Assembly: GCA_016206685.1 (NCBI GenBank)
Contig: JACQRB010000023.1
Coordinates: 29,287-93,286 of the forward strand
DNA from: Candidatus Omnitrophota bacterium
GTDB taxonomy: Bacteria > Omnitrophota > Gorgyraeia > Aquiviventales > Aquiviventaceae
Direction of reading: 5' to 3'
Length of the DNA: 64,000 bases
The first letter of the stretch is position 1. Each line of letters begins with the position of its first letter. The notes beneath the pieces are model-generated. The model had not been told where the DNA came from, ran no database searches, and saw only the letters and a list, made by a program, of their open reading frames with translations. Of the stretch, positions 18,659-28,062 are shown one piece after another. Made by a program: the position numbers and the translations under genes.

Positions 18659-19583
18659 CCACCTCATCCTGTTGTTGTCGAAACCACGCGATGGTCCGCA
18701 CCAGGCCATCAGCCAGCGACCAGCGAGGTGCCCAGCGCAACTCCCGCGCTGCCTTGGTCACGGCGGCCCGGGAATCATGGACATCGCCCTGACGTGGGGG
18801 CGCATACGTCATGTCGCTCGGGCTGCGGCTGAGGCTTAACACCTCGCGCGCGAGCTCGAGCACGGAGCGTGAGACGCCTGTCCCGATGTTGTAGACGCCC
18901 TGCCCGGCCTGCGCCGCCAGCAGGTTGGCATGCACCACGTCGTCCACGTACACGAAATCGCGCGTCTGCGTCCCGTCCCCGTAGATGATCAGGTGGTCGC
19001 CCCGTAGCGCCCGCGAGATAAACGCGGGGATGACGGCCGCGTAGTCCGAATCGGGCGATTGGCGTGGACCGAAGACATTAAAATACCGCAGCGCGACGTA
19101 GGGTAAGCCGTCAAGCTGGGCGTACATCTCCAGCAGATGTTCCCCACTGACTTTGGTCACGCCGTAGAGATTGGCCGGTCGCGGAGGTTCGCGCTCATCT
19201 TTGGAGCCTGCCGGCTCATCGGCATACACCGCCGAGGAGCTGGAAAACACGACTTTGCGCACACCATGGCGCGCAGCGCTGCGCAGCACATTGAACACCC
19301 CCACGGTGTTGACTTCCACACACCGGTGGGGCCGTTGGAAACTGTCTTCCATCGCGACGAACGCCGCCAGATGAAACACGACCTCTGCGCCCGCCATCGC
19401 CTCTTCCACCGCTGTGGCATCCGTCAGATCCGCTTCGATGAGCCGAGCCGACGCCGGCACATGCGCCCGCTGTCCTGTCTCAAAGTTATCGAGTACCGTC
19501 ACCACGACGCCTCGCTCGAGCAAAGCCGCCGCTACGTGACTGCCGATAAATCCGGCTCCACCGGTCACCAGCGCCGACTTCAT
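18630..19583 (-). CDS. NAD-dependent sugar epimerase (GalE-like extended SDR)
   Basis: The internal start is MKSALVTGGAGFIGSH, and YGVTK carries the catalytic Tyr/Lys. It has an ATGA overlap with the upstream gene at 19580-19583. Confidence 0.75.
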   Translation of the reverse strand: MKSALVTGGAGFIGSHVAAALLERGVVVTVLDNFETGQRAHVPASARLIEADLTDATAVEEAMAGAEVVFHLAAFVAMEDSFQRPHRCVEVNTVGVFNVLRSAARHGVRKVVFSSSSAVYADEPAGSKDEREPPRPANLYGVTKVSGEHLLEMYAQLDGLPYVALRYFNVFGPRQSPDSDYAAVIPAFISRALRGDHLIIYGDGTQTRDFVYVDDVVHANLLAAQAGQGVYNIGTGVSRSVLELAREVLSLSRSPSDMTYAPPRQGDVHDSRAAVTKAARELRWAPRWSLADGLVRTIAWFRQQQDEVDDHAVAHRT

Positions 19584-21601
19584 AGCCGCATCGCTCCCAC
19601 GCCCTCCGGAGCCGCAGCCCATCTGCCCTCCATTCCGACCGCCATCGCTTCGGCTTGCGGCACCATCCCACCCAACACCCCCAGAAAGTTCCGGAAGGCC
19701 GCATTGCCGTTGAGGCCGGGGGGCACGCCAATGAAGTCGCACACCGACTCCTCGCGCAGACGATGGTTCAGAGGAGCCTCGTCTTCCTTCCCGTGTAGTC
19801 GGCGAATCAGGGCCTTCAGCCCCTCGTAGTTATGGGTGATGTACGCTCGAATCGACGGATGCTGCTCCGGTCCGAGCTGCCCGGTCGGATCGTGGAAAAA
19901 TCCCGGCACGCCGAGGTGCCAGCCGGCGCACACCGGCGTGCTGCCCGGCAGGCTGATACAGACATCCGCCGTCACGATGGGCACCCACGGATTCAGGTCC
20001 TCGTCCACCACGACGGCCCGGTCGTGGCCCTTGAGCTGCTCCACGAGGCGGTGGTACCGCTCAAACCGCTTCCCGAACCGCTGCGGCATGAGGTGTCCCC
20101 GCTTCGGCTTATAGACCAAGACGATCTCCCTCACCTCGTGGAGCACGCGGACCATATCCTCCAGGAATCGAACCGTGTACTCTTCGGTATAGGGACTGGT
20201 GTACGGGCAGGTCTGGCGTGGACGAGCCAGGGGTTTCGGGCTCGGCGGCAGATCAAAGACCGCCACATACGTGAAGGTCTCCCGGGGCGCGTCCTCTCGA
20301 TGGAGGTAGGTGCGACGTAAGACGTGCCGTTCCTGGGTGAGCACTCGTTCGTCACCGGCCATGGTCGGTCCCAGCACCGTCATGGTCAGCCGTTCGTCTT
20401 GCGGATGGCGCTCAAAGAGCCGCTTGGCCTGGGGATTCCAGCACACCAGACGAGAGGCCAGGAGATGCGCATAGAGAAAGTCATGCTGCTCACACCCGCC
20501 CGGATGGGTATAAAACACCAGCATCGCAGAGATGTTGTACATCACGGTGGCGATCCCGAGCTTGTCGAGGTAGACGACGGCCGGTTCTTCAACGCCCAAG
20601 CTGCTGTCCGTTTCCAAGAAACATGCCGGCTGGACGTGGTCAAGCAGGGGGGCGAATTTCACTACGCTGGCTAGATAGCGGCTGACCATGCCGTGCGCTG
20701 CGCCAGGAACCGGCTGGATCATCCCCCGCCCGATGGCCCCCAGCACGTCTGCCATCGCCCGCCAGAGATGCCGGGAGGACAGATGCTGGTACAGTTCCGA
20801 GAACGTGCCTACGCGGTAGGGAGTTCCGATGAGCTCGCGTCGCAGGCTTGGCACGCCAGGATCGGAGGGGTTCGGCACGATCACGAGCAGGTCGTCCGGA
20901 CGGATGCGGACGCCGTCCATCAGCCAGGTGAATGAGCGCTTCTCCGACGAGACGTGGAGCTCGTTGACGTTATCGCACCAGTAGAGATACCGGTAGGAGG
21001 CCAGCGTCCGTCGCGTGAGCCGCAGACGTGCCGCGAGTCCTCCGATCAGCCACGCGAACAGGCGCCCCCATACCACGCCGTTCAACCACCCCTCCCACAG
21101 GCGGTCACAGGCGACGTGGAACTGGGATAAGCGCCTCGTCATACCGTCGCCGTCGAAGCACGGTGAGGGGGCTGCATGGGTGGCCAGCCATGCGGACCGC
21201 GAGGAGTGCACCACAACGGCGCAGGCCGCCGACGCATGCCGTCGTCGAATCTCCTGCAAAAGACAGACGTCGTCGAACGCCCGCCCCAGCTCCTGCTTGG
21301 CCTTCGTCGAGAAGTCAATGCAAAGGCCGCGGAAGGTCCGCTGCCACGGTTCCCTCGGCAGGCGCGCAGCGATGGCTTCCCATGCCCTGAAGGTGCGCGC
21401 ACGAAATGCCCAACTGTCTTCTCTGGAGGCAAAGTAGTCGTCCGTGTCGATTTGTTCCACCCGCCGCCGCATGAAGCGGGCGCAGGAGGGATGGATATAG
21501 AGCGTTTTCACCGTGACAACAAAGGACAGTAGCCAGTAGATCGGCGCGTTGACGGGGTGGATCTCGGTGACCAGGATGACGCGCGAGGCGCGAAGGGTCA
21601 T
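19580..21601 (-). CDS. large uncharacterised protein; possible GT-B-like glycosyl/glycerophospho-transferase or nonulosonic-acid transferase
   Basis: 673 aa with no classical motif recognised. The C-terminal IVTADVCISLPGSTPVCAGW faintly resembles the TagF/capsule-synthesis D-x-x-x-T-D-Y-S-S region. Its position inside a nonulosonic-acid module suggests a transferase. Confidence 0.3.
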   Translation of the reverse strand: MTLRASRVILVTEIHPVNAPIYWLLSFVVTVKTLYIHPSCARFMRRRVEQIDTDDYFASREDSWAFRARTFRAWEAIAARLPREPWQRTFRGLCIDFSTKAKQELGRAFDDVCLLQEIRRRHASAACAVVVHSSRSAWLATHAAPSPCFDGDGMTRRLSQFHVACDRLWEGWLNGVVWGRLFAWLIGGLAARLRLTRRTLASYRYLYWCDNVNELHVSSEKRSFTWLMDGVRIRPDDLLVIVPNPSDPGVPSLRRELIGTPYRVGTFSELYQHLSSRHLWRAMADVLGAIGRGMIQPVPGAAHGMVSRYLASVVKFAPLLDHVQPACFLETDSSLGVEEPAVVYLDKLGIATVMYNISAMLVFYTHPGGCEQHDFLYAHLLASRLVCWNPQAKRLFERHPQDERLTMTVLGPTMAGDERVLTQERHVLRRTYLHREDAPRETFTYVAVFDLPPSPKPLARPRQTCPYTSPYTEEYTVRFLEDMVRVLHEVREIVLVYKPKRGHLMPQRFGKRFERYHRLVEQLKGHDRAVVVDEDLNPWVPIVTADVCISLPGSTPVCAGWHLGVPGFFHDPTGQLGPEQHPSIRAYITHNYEGLKALIRRLHGKEDEAPLNHRLREESVCDFIGVPPGLNGNAAFRNFLGVLGGMVPQAEAMAVGMEGRWAAAPEGVGAMRL

Positions 21602-22590
21602 GGGGATGAAGCCACCGAGCGTGTCACCGGCGGTGATGAGAAATCGTGCAGGGTCGTATCGAGTCGGGACCGTTCCGTCGCCCGTTGGGCTTCCCGCGCC
21701 TGATACCAGGCGATATAGCGCTCGATCCCCTCGCGCAGCCCCACCCGGGGCTCCCAGTCCAGCTCCCGCCTGGCCCGTTCGCTGGACACCTCTTTGCCCC
21801 CAAAATCTCCCGGACGACCGGGAACGGTTTCAATGCGGACCTTGTCCTTGCCCAAGATGTCCTGGATCGTCTGGGCGATCTGACGGATGGTGACTCGTTC
21901 CTTGCCGTCCAGGTTATAGATCTTGTTGGCCGCCACGCCTTTCAAGGCGAGGGCATTTCCCTCGGCGAGGTCTTCCACGTACACGAACTTGCGGTATTGG
22001 CTGCCGTCTCCTGCGATCGTCAGCGGCTCTCCCTGAAGCGCCTTGGAGACGAAGATGGGGATGACCGCTCCATCGCGAGCACGGGGACCGTACGGGATGC
22101 CGTAGCGCAGGATCGTGGTGGGCAACCCATAGAGCCGCGCGTAGGCCTGGCAATAGTATTCCGACGTCATTTTGGTCGCCGTATACAAATGGGACGGCGC
22201 GTGCAAGGGCGTGTCTTCATCAACGCACTCCTCGGCCACATCCCCATACACCCAGATGGTGCTGCCGTAGATCACCCGCGACACCTTGTTGGAGCGCGCC
22301 GCCTCCAGCACGTTGATCGTGCCCCGAACATTGATGGATTCCGAATAATGCGGGTGCTCGTAGACGCTCTTGACGTCCGCCACGGCCGCCAGGTGGAAGA
22401 CCGCGTCCACATCGGCCATCGCCATGGTCAGCGACTCCAGATCCAGGATGCTGGCCTGATAGTATTCGATGTCATCGCGGAACTTCGGCATGATCATGTC
22501 GTACACGCGCACTTGAATGCCGCGCTCGCGCAGTTTATCCACGACGTGCGATCCGATGAATCCAGAACCTCCGGTCACTAACGCTCTCAT
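21598..22590 (-). CDS. NAD-dependent epimerase/dehydratase (extended SDR)
   Basis: MRALVTGGSGFIGSH and YTATK motifs are present. It has ATGA overlaps at both ends. Confidence 0.75.
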   Translation of the reverse strand: MRALVTGGSGFIGSHVVDKLRERGIQVRVYDMIMPKFRDDIEYYQASILDLESLTMAMADVDAVFHLAAVADVKSVYEHPHYSESINVRGTINVLEAARSNKVSRVIYGSTIWVYGDVAEECVDEDTPLHAPSHLYTATKMTSEYYCQAYARLYGLPTTILRYGIPYGPRARDGAVIPIFVSKALQGEPLTIAGDGSQYRKFVYVEDLAEGNALALKGVAANKIYNLDGKERVTIRQIAQTIQDILGKDKVRIETVPGRPGDFGGKEVSSERARRELDWEPRVGLREGIERYIAWYQAREAQRATERSRLDTTLHDFSSPPVTRSVASSP

Positions 22591-23630
22591 GCGCGCACTC
22601 CTTCATCAGTGAGATCAGGGTGATAATAGAGCGGGACGCACCAGTGGTTCCGGGCAACCCACTCCGAATTGGGGAAAGAACCGGGGTATTTCAGGATGGT
22701 ATGGCAGAGCTGATCATAGACCTTGCCGGTCGAGCGCTCGATCGGCTCAAAGACGATGTATTTGTACCACCCGGACACCATCCCCTCGGGCAGCTGCACG
22801 CGCTGCGCGTACCGAGGATGCAGAACCTCTCGGGCCACCCGGTCTTTCCAGGCCACGATCTCCTCAAGCCGATCGGTCTGCACGACGCCCAGGGCCGCCG
22901 TGAATTCCGACATGCGGTAATTGAGTCCCTCCACTTCGTAGCTCGGCTTGCCGTAGTTGCGGTAGCGCCTGGCGAACTCGATCAGCTCCGGATGCTTTGA
23001 GACCAGCATGCCGCCCTCGCCGGTCGAGATGGTCTTGGTCCCGTAGAACGAGTAGGCCCCCGCATCGCCCCACGTGCCGGGTTTGTTCCCGTGCCACGAG
23101 GCGCCCTGGGCATGCGCGCAGTCTTCCAGCAGGACGATCCCCCGCTCGCGGCAGAAGGCGGCGATGCGCTCCACGTCGAAGGCGATGTGCCCGCCGATGT
23201 GCACCAGCCACACCGCCGCCAGGTCCGGATGTTGCTTGGCCGCCAAGACCACCGCCTCGTAGCTCAGGCACAGGTCCTCCCGGTTACAGTCGCCGAACAC
23301 CACCTCCCCGCCCACCTTGAGGACGGAGAGCGGCGTCGCCATGAAGGTGTTCGTGGGACAGAGGACTTGCTTGCCCTTGAGTCCGAAATAGTCCAGGCAC
23401 GCCATGGCCGCCCCGGCCCAGCTCGACGTCGCCACAGCCGGCAGGCCGTTCCAGGTCGCCCATTTGTCTTCGAACAGCCGCGTGAACTTGCCTTCCACCC
23501 ACTGTTGGCTGCGGAAAATCTCCTCCCAAGAGGCCATCACGCATGGGATGTCGCGTGGGTCAAATCCAATCCGAAAGGACTGAAAAGCCGCCGGGGAAGG
23601 CTGCTGGAGGCCCGTCAGTGTGGGACTCAT
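22587..23630 (-). CDS. DegT/DnrJ/EryC1/StrS-family sugar aminotransferase (short form)
   Basis: 347 aa. SWAGAAMACL, CPTNTFMAT and YSFYGTKTISTGEGG are present. Confidence 0.65.
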   Translation of the reverse strand: MSPTLTGLQQPSPAAFQSFRIGFDPRDIPCVMASWEEIFRSQQWVEGKFTRLFEDKWATWNGLPAVATSSWAGAAMACLDYFGLKGKQVLCPTNTFMATPLSVLKVGGEVVFGDCNREDLCLSYEAVVLAAKQHPDLAAVWLVHIGGHIAFDVERIAAFCRERGIVLLEDCAHAQGASWHGNKPGTWGDAGAYSFYGTKTISTGEGGMLVSKHPELIEFARRYRNYGKPSYEVEGLNYRMSEFTAALGVVQTDRLEEIVAWKDRVAREVLHPRYAQRVQLPEGMVSGWYKYIVFEPIERSTGKVYDQLCHTILKYPGSFPNSEWVARNHWCVPLYYHPDLTDEGVRA

Positions 23631-24409
23631 CGCTCGCCTCCGGCTGACGGCGACGGTCTGGACGCGGCTCGGGCCTCGGCGTCTTCCAGCAGATGCAGCC
23701 GCAGCTTCGCTTCGTAGCCCAGGCGCCGCAGCGGCATCTGTTTGTGCGCGCGCAGCATGGCAGGGACTTGGAAGGACCCGAGCTGGGCCAGATACGTCCG
23801 GTACGGAATCCCGCTCGTGGCCAGCGCACCAGCAACGGCGTCCACCAACTCAGGACGCGCCAGCAGCTCCTGCACCTCGAAGAATCGCCCGCCTGCGTCG
23901 GCAAATACCAGTCCGTGCGCGACGTCGAACATCGCCCACCGATCGTCCACCTTCGCGAACGAGAGCACCAACCGACCCTGATCCTCAATCTTGGCCACGT
24001 CCCAAAACGCCGGCACGCCGGCGTAGGTGGCCAGTGTGGTGAAGACGTCGGCCATCTGATCGTCTTCCCCGTAGCCCCGGACGATGATGTGCCAGATGTG
24101 GTCGTCAACCACCGGCAACTGAGGAGGGGTGGGACGAATGGAGCGCCGCGTCCATGCAAAGATCGTCAGCACGCGGTCGCGGTCAGAGGAAACGCCTGAG
24201 GTGACTTGGCGAGCCAGATCACGGGACTGGTAATGGCGGTCAAGGAAGCTCAGCCCTTTCAAATAGAGGGGGATGCGGTGCTCTGAGACAGCGAAATCAA
24301 CTCCCTGCCGCGTCGTCATCGGCATCATCAAGAGCGACCAGCCAAGCGCTCCCCCGACGCCGAGCGCTCCCCATCGCCACGCGGGGCTTCGCCATGACCG
24401 ACGGCTCAT
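23627..24409 (-). CDS. hypothetical membrane-anchored protein (possible catalytically inactive transglutaminase-like fold)
   Basis: The internal start is MSRRSWRSPAWRWGALGVGGALGWSLLMM (TM/signal), ATGA-coupled to the regulator gene at 24406-24409. RGYGEDDQMADVFTTLATYAGVPAF resembles the TGase YG-C-x-x-A-x-x-x-x-x-x-R-x-x-GIPAR motif with Cys replaced by Glu. Confidence 0.35.
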   Translation of the reverse strand: MSRRSWRSPAWRWGALGVGGALGWSLLMMPMTTRQGVDFAVSEHRIPLYLKGLSFLDRHYQSRDLARQVTSGVSSDRDRVLTIFAWTRRSIRPTPPQLPVVDDHIWHIIVRGYGEDDQMADVFTTLATYAGVPAFWDVAKIEDQGRLVLSFAKVDDRWAMFDVAHGLVFADAGGRFFEVQELLARPELVDAVAGALATSGIPYRTYLAQLGSFQVPAMLRAHKQMPLRRLGYEAKLRLHLLEDAEARAASRPSPSAGGER

Positions 24410-25092
24410 CGGCCAGACAGCTCCGCCGGGCTCATCTCGACCGCCGGACCGGCGGGCAGCGGGGCGGCTTCCGTTCGGAACTCCGGAGTTCCTTCGTCCG
24501 GAATGACGATAATCTTGGCTTCCGATACCCCGCACTGACGCAACTCCTGCTTGACGCGGGCCCGGTCGCGCAGCGACGCCACCACCGCCCAATCAAACGA
24601 GAGCTTGGCGACGTCCTCCAGGCTTCGAACCGGCTGATGCATGAAGGGGCGTGAGTTGCCGGTCTGGGGATTGCACACGGCGACAATGTGAAATCCGGTC
24701 TGCTGCAGGAGCAGAAACGCAATCTCCGCCACTTCGCCGCTGCCGCAGAGCAGGATCTGTTTCCCGGTTGAGGGCGGGATCGCGGCCAGCGTCCTGGTTA
24801 AAAATTCCCGGACTTGGCGGTAAAAATACAGGGAATACTCGATATATTCGTAGGTCAGCCGAGCTTTCTCCATGACGCCCTTCGGGGTGATCAGATAGCG
24901 AATCCGGTTGCGCTGGAGATTGACGATCTTGACGTAGCCCTTCCGCACCAAGCGACGGATGAGCAGGTTGGTCAGGCCCAACGCCAATCCCTGCTTCTTG
25001 GCCAGCCTCCGCTGCGTGATCGAGGCTTCGGAGGAGATTTCCGTGAGGAGGTGAAAGTTTCGTAACGACTCGTTGTCCATGCTGGTGTTCAC
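24406..25092 (-). CDS. winged-helix transcriptional regulator with C-terminal Rossmann-like (NeuD/PglD N-terminal-like) domain
   Basis: ITQRRLAKKQGLALGLTNLLIRRLVRKGYVKI is a wHTH recognition helix plus wing. KQILLCGSGEVAEIAFLL...IVAVCNPQ is a Rossmann-like segment. GC content is visibly lower than the flanks, and an AT-rich spacer precedes the gene. Confidence 0.55.
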   Translation of the reverse strand: MNTSMDNESLRNFHLLTEISSEASITQRRLAKKQGLALGLTNLLIRRLVRKGYVKIVNLQRNRIRYLITPKGVMEKARLTYEYIEYSLYFYRQVREFLTRTLAAIPPSTGKQILLCGSGEVAEIAFLLLQQTGFHIVAVCNPQTGNSRPFMHQPVRSLEDVAKLSFDWAVVASLRDRARVKQELRQCGVSEAKIIVIPDEGTPEFRTEAAPLPAGPAVEMSPAELSGR

Positions 25093-25143
25093 AAATTGAA
25101 CATGAATATCATAAAGAAAGCTCCCCGCTCCCGCAAGGAAATT
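25093..25143 (-). promoter_or_regulatory. AT-rich intergenic spacer, candidate internal promoter/operator upstream of the regulator gene
   Basis: This is one of only two non-coding gaps in the window. The sequence ttgaacatgaatatcataaagaaagc is strikingly AT-rich in a GC-rich background, and no sigma-70 consensus can be defined by eye. Confidence 0.3.
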
Positions 25144-26091
25144 CTACGTGTGAGACTTCGCGGCCACGACTTCAAGGATCGCCCCCCGCCCCGCCATCCA
25201 ACTGGCCACCGACAAGACCACGCTCGGCACAATGAACAGGGCCGCCACCAGCCCCATCGCCACCCGTTGCGGGGTCAGCCGCGCGGCGCCGTGATCCCCC
25301 ATGAGGCGCTTGGTCAACTGATTCTGAGGAAACCCCAGCTGATTCAACGCGCTTTGCAGCCAGCCGTACGGGTCGTGCTCCCATGAGGTGAAGCGAAGGC
25401 AGCGGACCTCCAACCCCGCAGAGGCCAGCGCGTGCTTCACCGACGACGGTGAGAAATGAAACAGATGCCGTGGCACGTCCAGATGAAACCAATGCCGGCC
25501 GAACCAGCGGGCCTGCCAGCTCTCCAGGTTCGGCACCGACACCAGCAGCCACCCGCCTGGCTTCAGCCGCGCGGCGCATTGACAAAGCGCCTCCAGGGGA
25601 TCGGGAAGATGCTCCAGCACATGGAACATGATGATGAGGTCCGCGCAGGGCCTGGCTTGGATGGCCTCCAGACCTCCCGCGATGGCGGGCACGCCGTGTT
25701 CCACCCACGCCGCCCGAGCGCTCTGGGGCGTCCGCTCAATTCCCAGAACGCTCCATCCTTGACGGCGCAAGGCATCCAGCATCCACCCGTCGCCGCATCC
25801 CATGTCCAGCGCTATGCCGAGGCGGTTCATGCGTTTCGTCACGGACCGCATCCGACGCCCGTAGAGCCAACGCAGGCAAGCGCGCGTCAGCCCGGTATAC
25901 TTTCGATAGGCCGGCGGATAATAGGACGTGAGATCGTCCAGCTGCGGTTTCGTCACGCCCAAGCCACAGATGCCGCAGCGTGTGATGGCGAACTGCTGAC
26001 CCGTGATGTGGTCTCGCACCTCGTCCAGATGCGCTAGCCCCTTAGCGCCGGCGCAGAGCGGGCATCTCGGGACGACAGGTGTCTGGGCCAC
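25144..26091 (-). CDS. class I SAM-dependent methyltransferase with N-terminal zinc ribbon and C-terminal TM segment
   Basis: CPLCAG...CGICG are N-terminal Cys pairs. Motif I is ALDMGCGDGW. The C-terminus is hydrophobic. Confidence 0.65.
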   Translation of the reverse strand: MAQTPVVPRCPLCAGAKGLAHLDEVRDHITGQQFAITRCGICGLGVTKPQLDDLTSYYPPAYRKYTGLTRACLRWLYGRRMRSVTKRMNRLGIALDMGCGDGWMLDALRRQGWSVLGIERTPQSARAAWVEHGVPAIAGGLEAIQARPCADLIIMFHVLEHLPDPLEALCQCAARLKPGGWLLVSVPNLESWQARWFGRHWFHLDVPRHLFHFSPSSVKHALASAGLEVRCLRFTSWEHDPYGWLQSALNQLGFPQNQLTKRLMGDHGAARLTPQRVAMGLVAALFIVPSVVLSVASWMAGRGAILEVVAAKSHT

Positions 26092-26102
26092 TATCTGCTC
26101 CG

Positions 26103-27050
26103 TCAGCTTCTGGGGACTTCTGAGCTGAGCGCGACAGGCTTGAACGAACTGATCGCATCAACCGTCGCTTCAACCAGCATGCCATCAAAGTTGAAGGGCA
26201 GCGCAGGTCCATGCTCGCTCACCGGTTTGCCCTTGAACAGCAGCTGGCCGTGGTGAAACCGGCAGCGTGCTTCGAGATGCAGGGTGGCGTTCACTAAGGG
26301 GTCCGGTGGCGGATTGGTGGACGCCTTTTCAGATTTGGCCTGCTGGGCCTTCGGGGGAGGCGAGGCCGCTGGAGGTTCCGCAGGGGGGGCTGAGTCGAAC
26401 GGGCTGGTGTCGGCGACCTGAAGAAGACGGGCGAGCGGCTTGCCATCATACGAGACCTCCACCTGCCCTGACCGCAAACGCCTGACCTGAGTCAGCGGCA
26501 TGGGCTCGGTGATGATGCGGAGAGTAATCCAGCCCTCATCGTAGACCATGCCGCGAAGCGTATAGTCCGGCGTGGAGAACCCGAACGAAGCGCTGCTGGC
26601 CAGTATGCGGGATTGCAGCTGCCGGTCTTTGTAAAACAGACTGTCCCCCCGCAGTTCTGCCGTCACGCGCAGTCGTACGGAAACATCCCAGAACCCTGAG
26701 GAGGGGTTGGGGAGCCGCTTGACCCAGTCTCGGTCGCCAAACCGGACCACCAAGGTCTCCGGCGCCGCCTCGAGGATTTCCTCGATGCGGGCCACCTCCC
26801 ATCCGTCGGCGTCCTGCTCGACGTCGCCGACGCGAATCCGTTTGGCGGTAGCCTCGTCCACACCGGTAAACGTGACCAGCAGGTCAACGGGCAGGATTCG
26901 GTGGAGCATGGGTTGCTGCCGCCAGCGCCCGAGTGTGACGTTGATCGCGACCGTGCCGAAGCTCACCGCTGCCGCCACCAGCAGACCCGCTGACACGTCA
27001 ATAATGTTCCAACGACCCAGGAGCCGGCCGCACGGGTCAAGCAGGCGCAT
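26103..27050 (-). CDS. hypothetical membrane-anchored protein
   Basis: 315 aa. The N-terminal TM helix VSAGLLVAAAVSFGTVAINV is followed by beta-rich domains and a Pro/Ala-rich linker, with no catalytic motif recognised. Confidence 0.4.
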   Translation of the reverse strand: MRLLDPCGRLLGRWNIIDVSAGLLVAAAVSFGTVAINVTLGRWRQQPMLHRILPVDLLVTFTGVDEATAKRIRVGDVEQDADGWEVARIEEILEAAPETLVVRFGDRDWVKRLPNPSSGFWDVSVRLRVTAELRGDSLFYKDRQLQSRILASSASFGFSTPDYTLRGMVYDEGWITLRIITEPMPLTQVRRLRSGQVEVSYDGKPLARLLQVADTSPFDSAPPAEPPAASPPPKAQQAKSEKASTNPPPDPLVNATLHLEARCRFHHGQLLFKGKPVSEHGPALPFNFDGMLVEATVDAISSFKPVALSSEVPRS

Positions 27051-28062
27051 GGCTTCTCACCGCGCAGACCCGCCACCCATAGCGGCCGGTGGGGCTGATG
27101 CGGACGTCCTCCAGGACATGACGGCAGCACCAGTGCGACAGCTGCTCCTCGTTATAATAGAAGCGGATCGGCGCGGACAACCGGTCCAACCAATCCGCCA
27201 CGCAGACTTCGAAGGGATAGGCGGCGTAGAGCTTGATCCGCGGCCAGGCGATCCGCTCAACCAGCGATGCGGTGAGTGACCATCGGGACGCCAGCCGATA
27301 GGGCCCGATGAAGCACGCCCAGTCCATGAGGCCGGCGAACCAGGACAGCCCCAGCAGCAGCCGCAGCGGCAGGCGCGTCGTGAGGCGCCGCGCCGCCTCC
27401 AGCATCGCGTTGATCCCCCGCCGCGTTGAGCTGTAGACCCAGATCGCAACCGTCCCGCCAGGTTTGAGGGAGCGCAAGAGATTCCCGAAGGTCGCTTCCG
27501 GCGTCGGCACATGGTGCAGGACCCCGATGGAATACACCAGGTCAAAGGTGCCCGGCCTGAACGGTAAGTGATTGAGGTCCGCCTGGATCACATGCGCCCC
27601 CGGCAGATGGGCCGTGTTGCGGTGCGCCGACTCAACCGCCGCGCTGAGATCCACGCCGATGGCTTCGGCGCCATACGTGGCCGCATAGAAGAGGTGGCGC
27701 CCGAACCCGCAGCCCGCATCCAGGACCAGCCGGTGGCGGAACGATTCGGGCGTCAGCGGCGAAACGTACTTGAGGAAATCGGCTTCAAAGACAGGATGCA
27801 TGCCCGCAAAGCGCGTCCACTGGAACCCGAAACTCCGTTGCGTGCGATGGCGCGCCTGCTCTGCCGACGAGGACGACGACGTCTGCCGCGCCATCGGCAG
27901 GAACCGCGGGATGCCGTTCACGATTGGATAGGCGGCGGCGCAGGCGCCGCAGCGCAATCCCCCGCTCTCGATCTCCTGCGTGTGGGCGGACGCGACCGCG
28001 TCCAGCGCCACATCCCCGCCGCACGCGGGACAACAGACCCATTTCAGCAACGTCCGTTTCAT
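27037..28062 (-). CDS. class I SAM-dependent methyltransferase with N-terminal Trm112-like zinc-ribbon
   Basis: The internal start MKRTLLKWVCCPACGG...LRCGACAAAYPIVNGIPRFL is Trm112p-like. Motif I is VLDAGCGFGRH. It has an ATGA overlap at 28059-28062. Confidence 0.65.
   Translation of the reverse strand: MKRTLLKWVCCPACGGDVALDAVASAHTQEIESGGLRCGACAAAYPIVNGIPRFLPMARQTSSSSSAEQARHRTQRSFGFQWTRFAGMHPVFEADFLKYVSPLTPESFRHRLVLDAGCGFGRHLFYAATYGAEAIGVDLSAAVESAHRNTAHLPGAHVIQADLNHLPFRPGTFDLVYSIGVLHHVPTPEATFGNLLRSLKPGGTVAIWVYSSTRRGINAMLEAARRLTTRLPLRLLLGLSWFAGLMDWACFIGPYRLASRWSLTASLVERIAWPRIKLYAAYPFEVCVADWLDRLSAPIRFYYNEEQLSHWCCRHVLEDVRISPTGRYGWRVCAVRSHAPA

Noticed and set aside
23560-24159. 199-aa minus-strand ORF overlapping the hypothetical gene 23627..24409
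   Set aside because: It is an alternative frame of the same region with Trp/Arg/Pro-rich composition. The longer frame with the N-terminal TM and conserved-looking core is preferred.
25093-25143. Possible sigma-70-type -35/-10 hexamers in the AT-rich spacer
   Set aside because: Several TTGAAC/TATCAT-like hexamers occur on both strands, but no spacing is uniquely convincing. Only the presence of an AT-rich candidate promoter region is reported, not a defined promoter.
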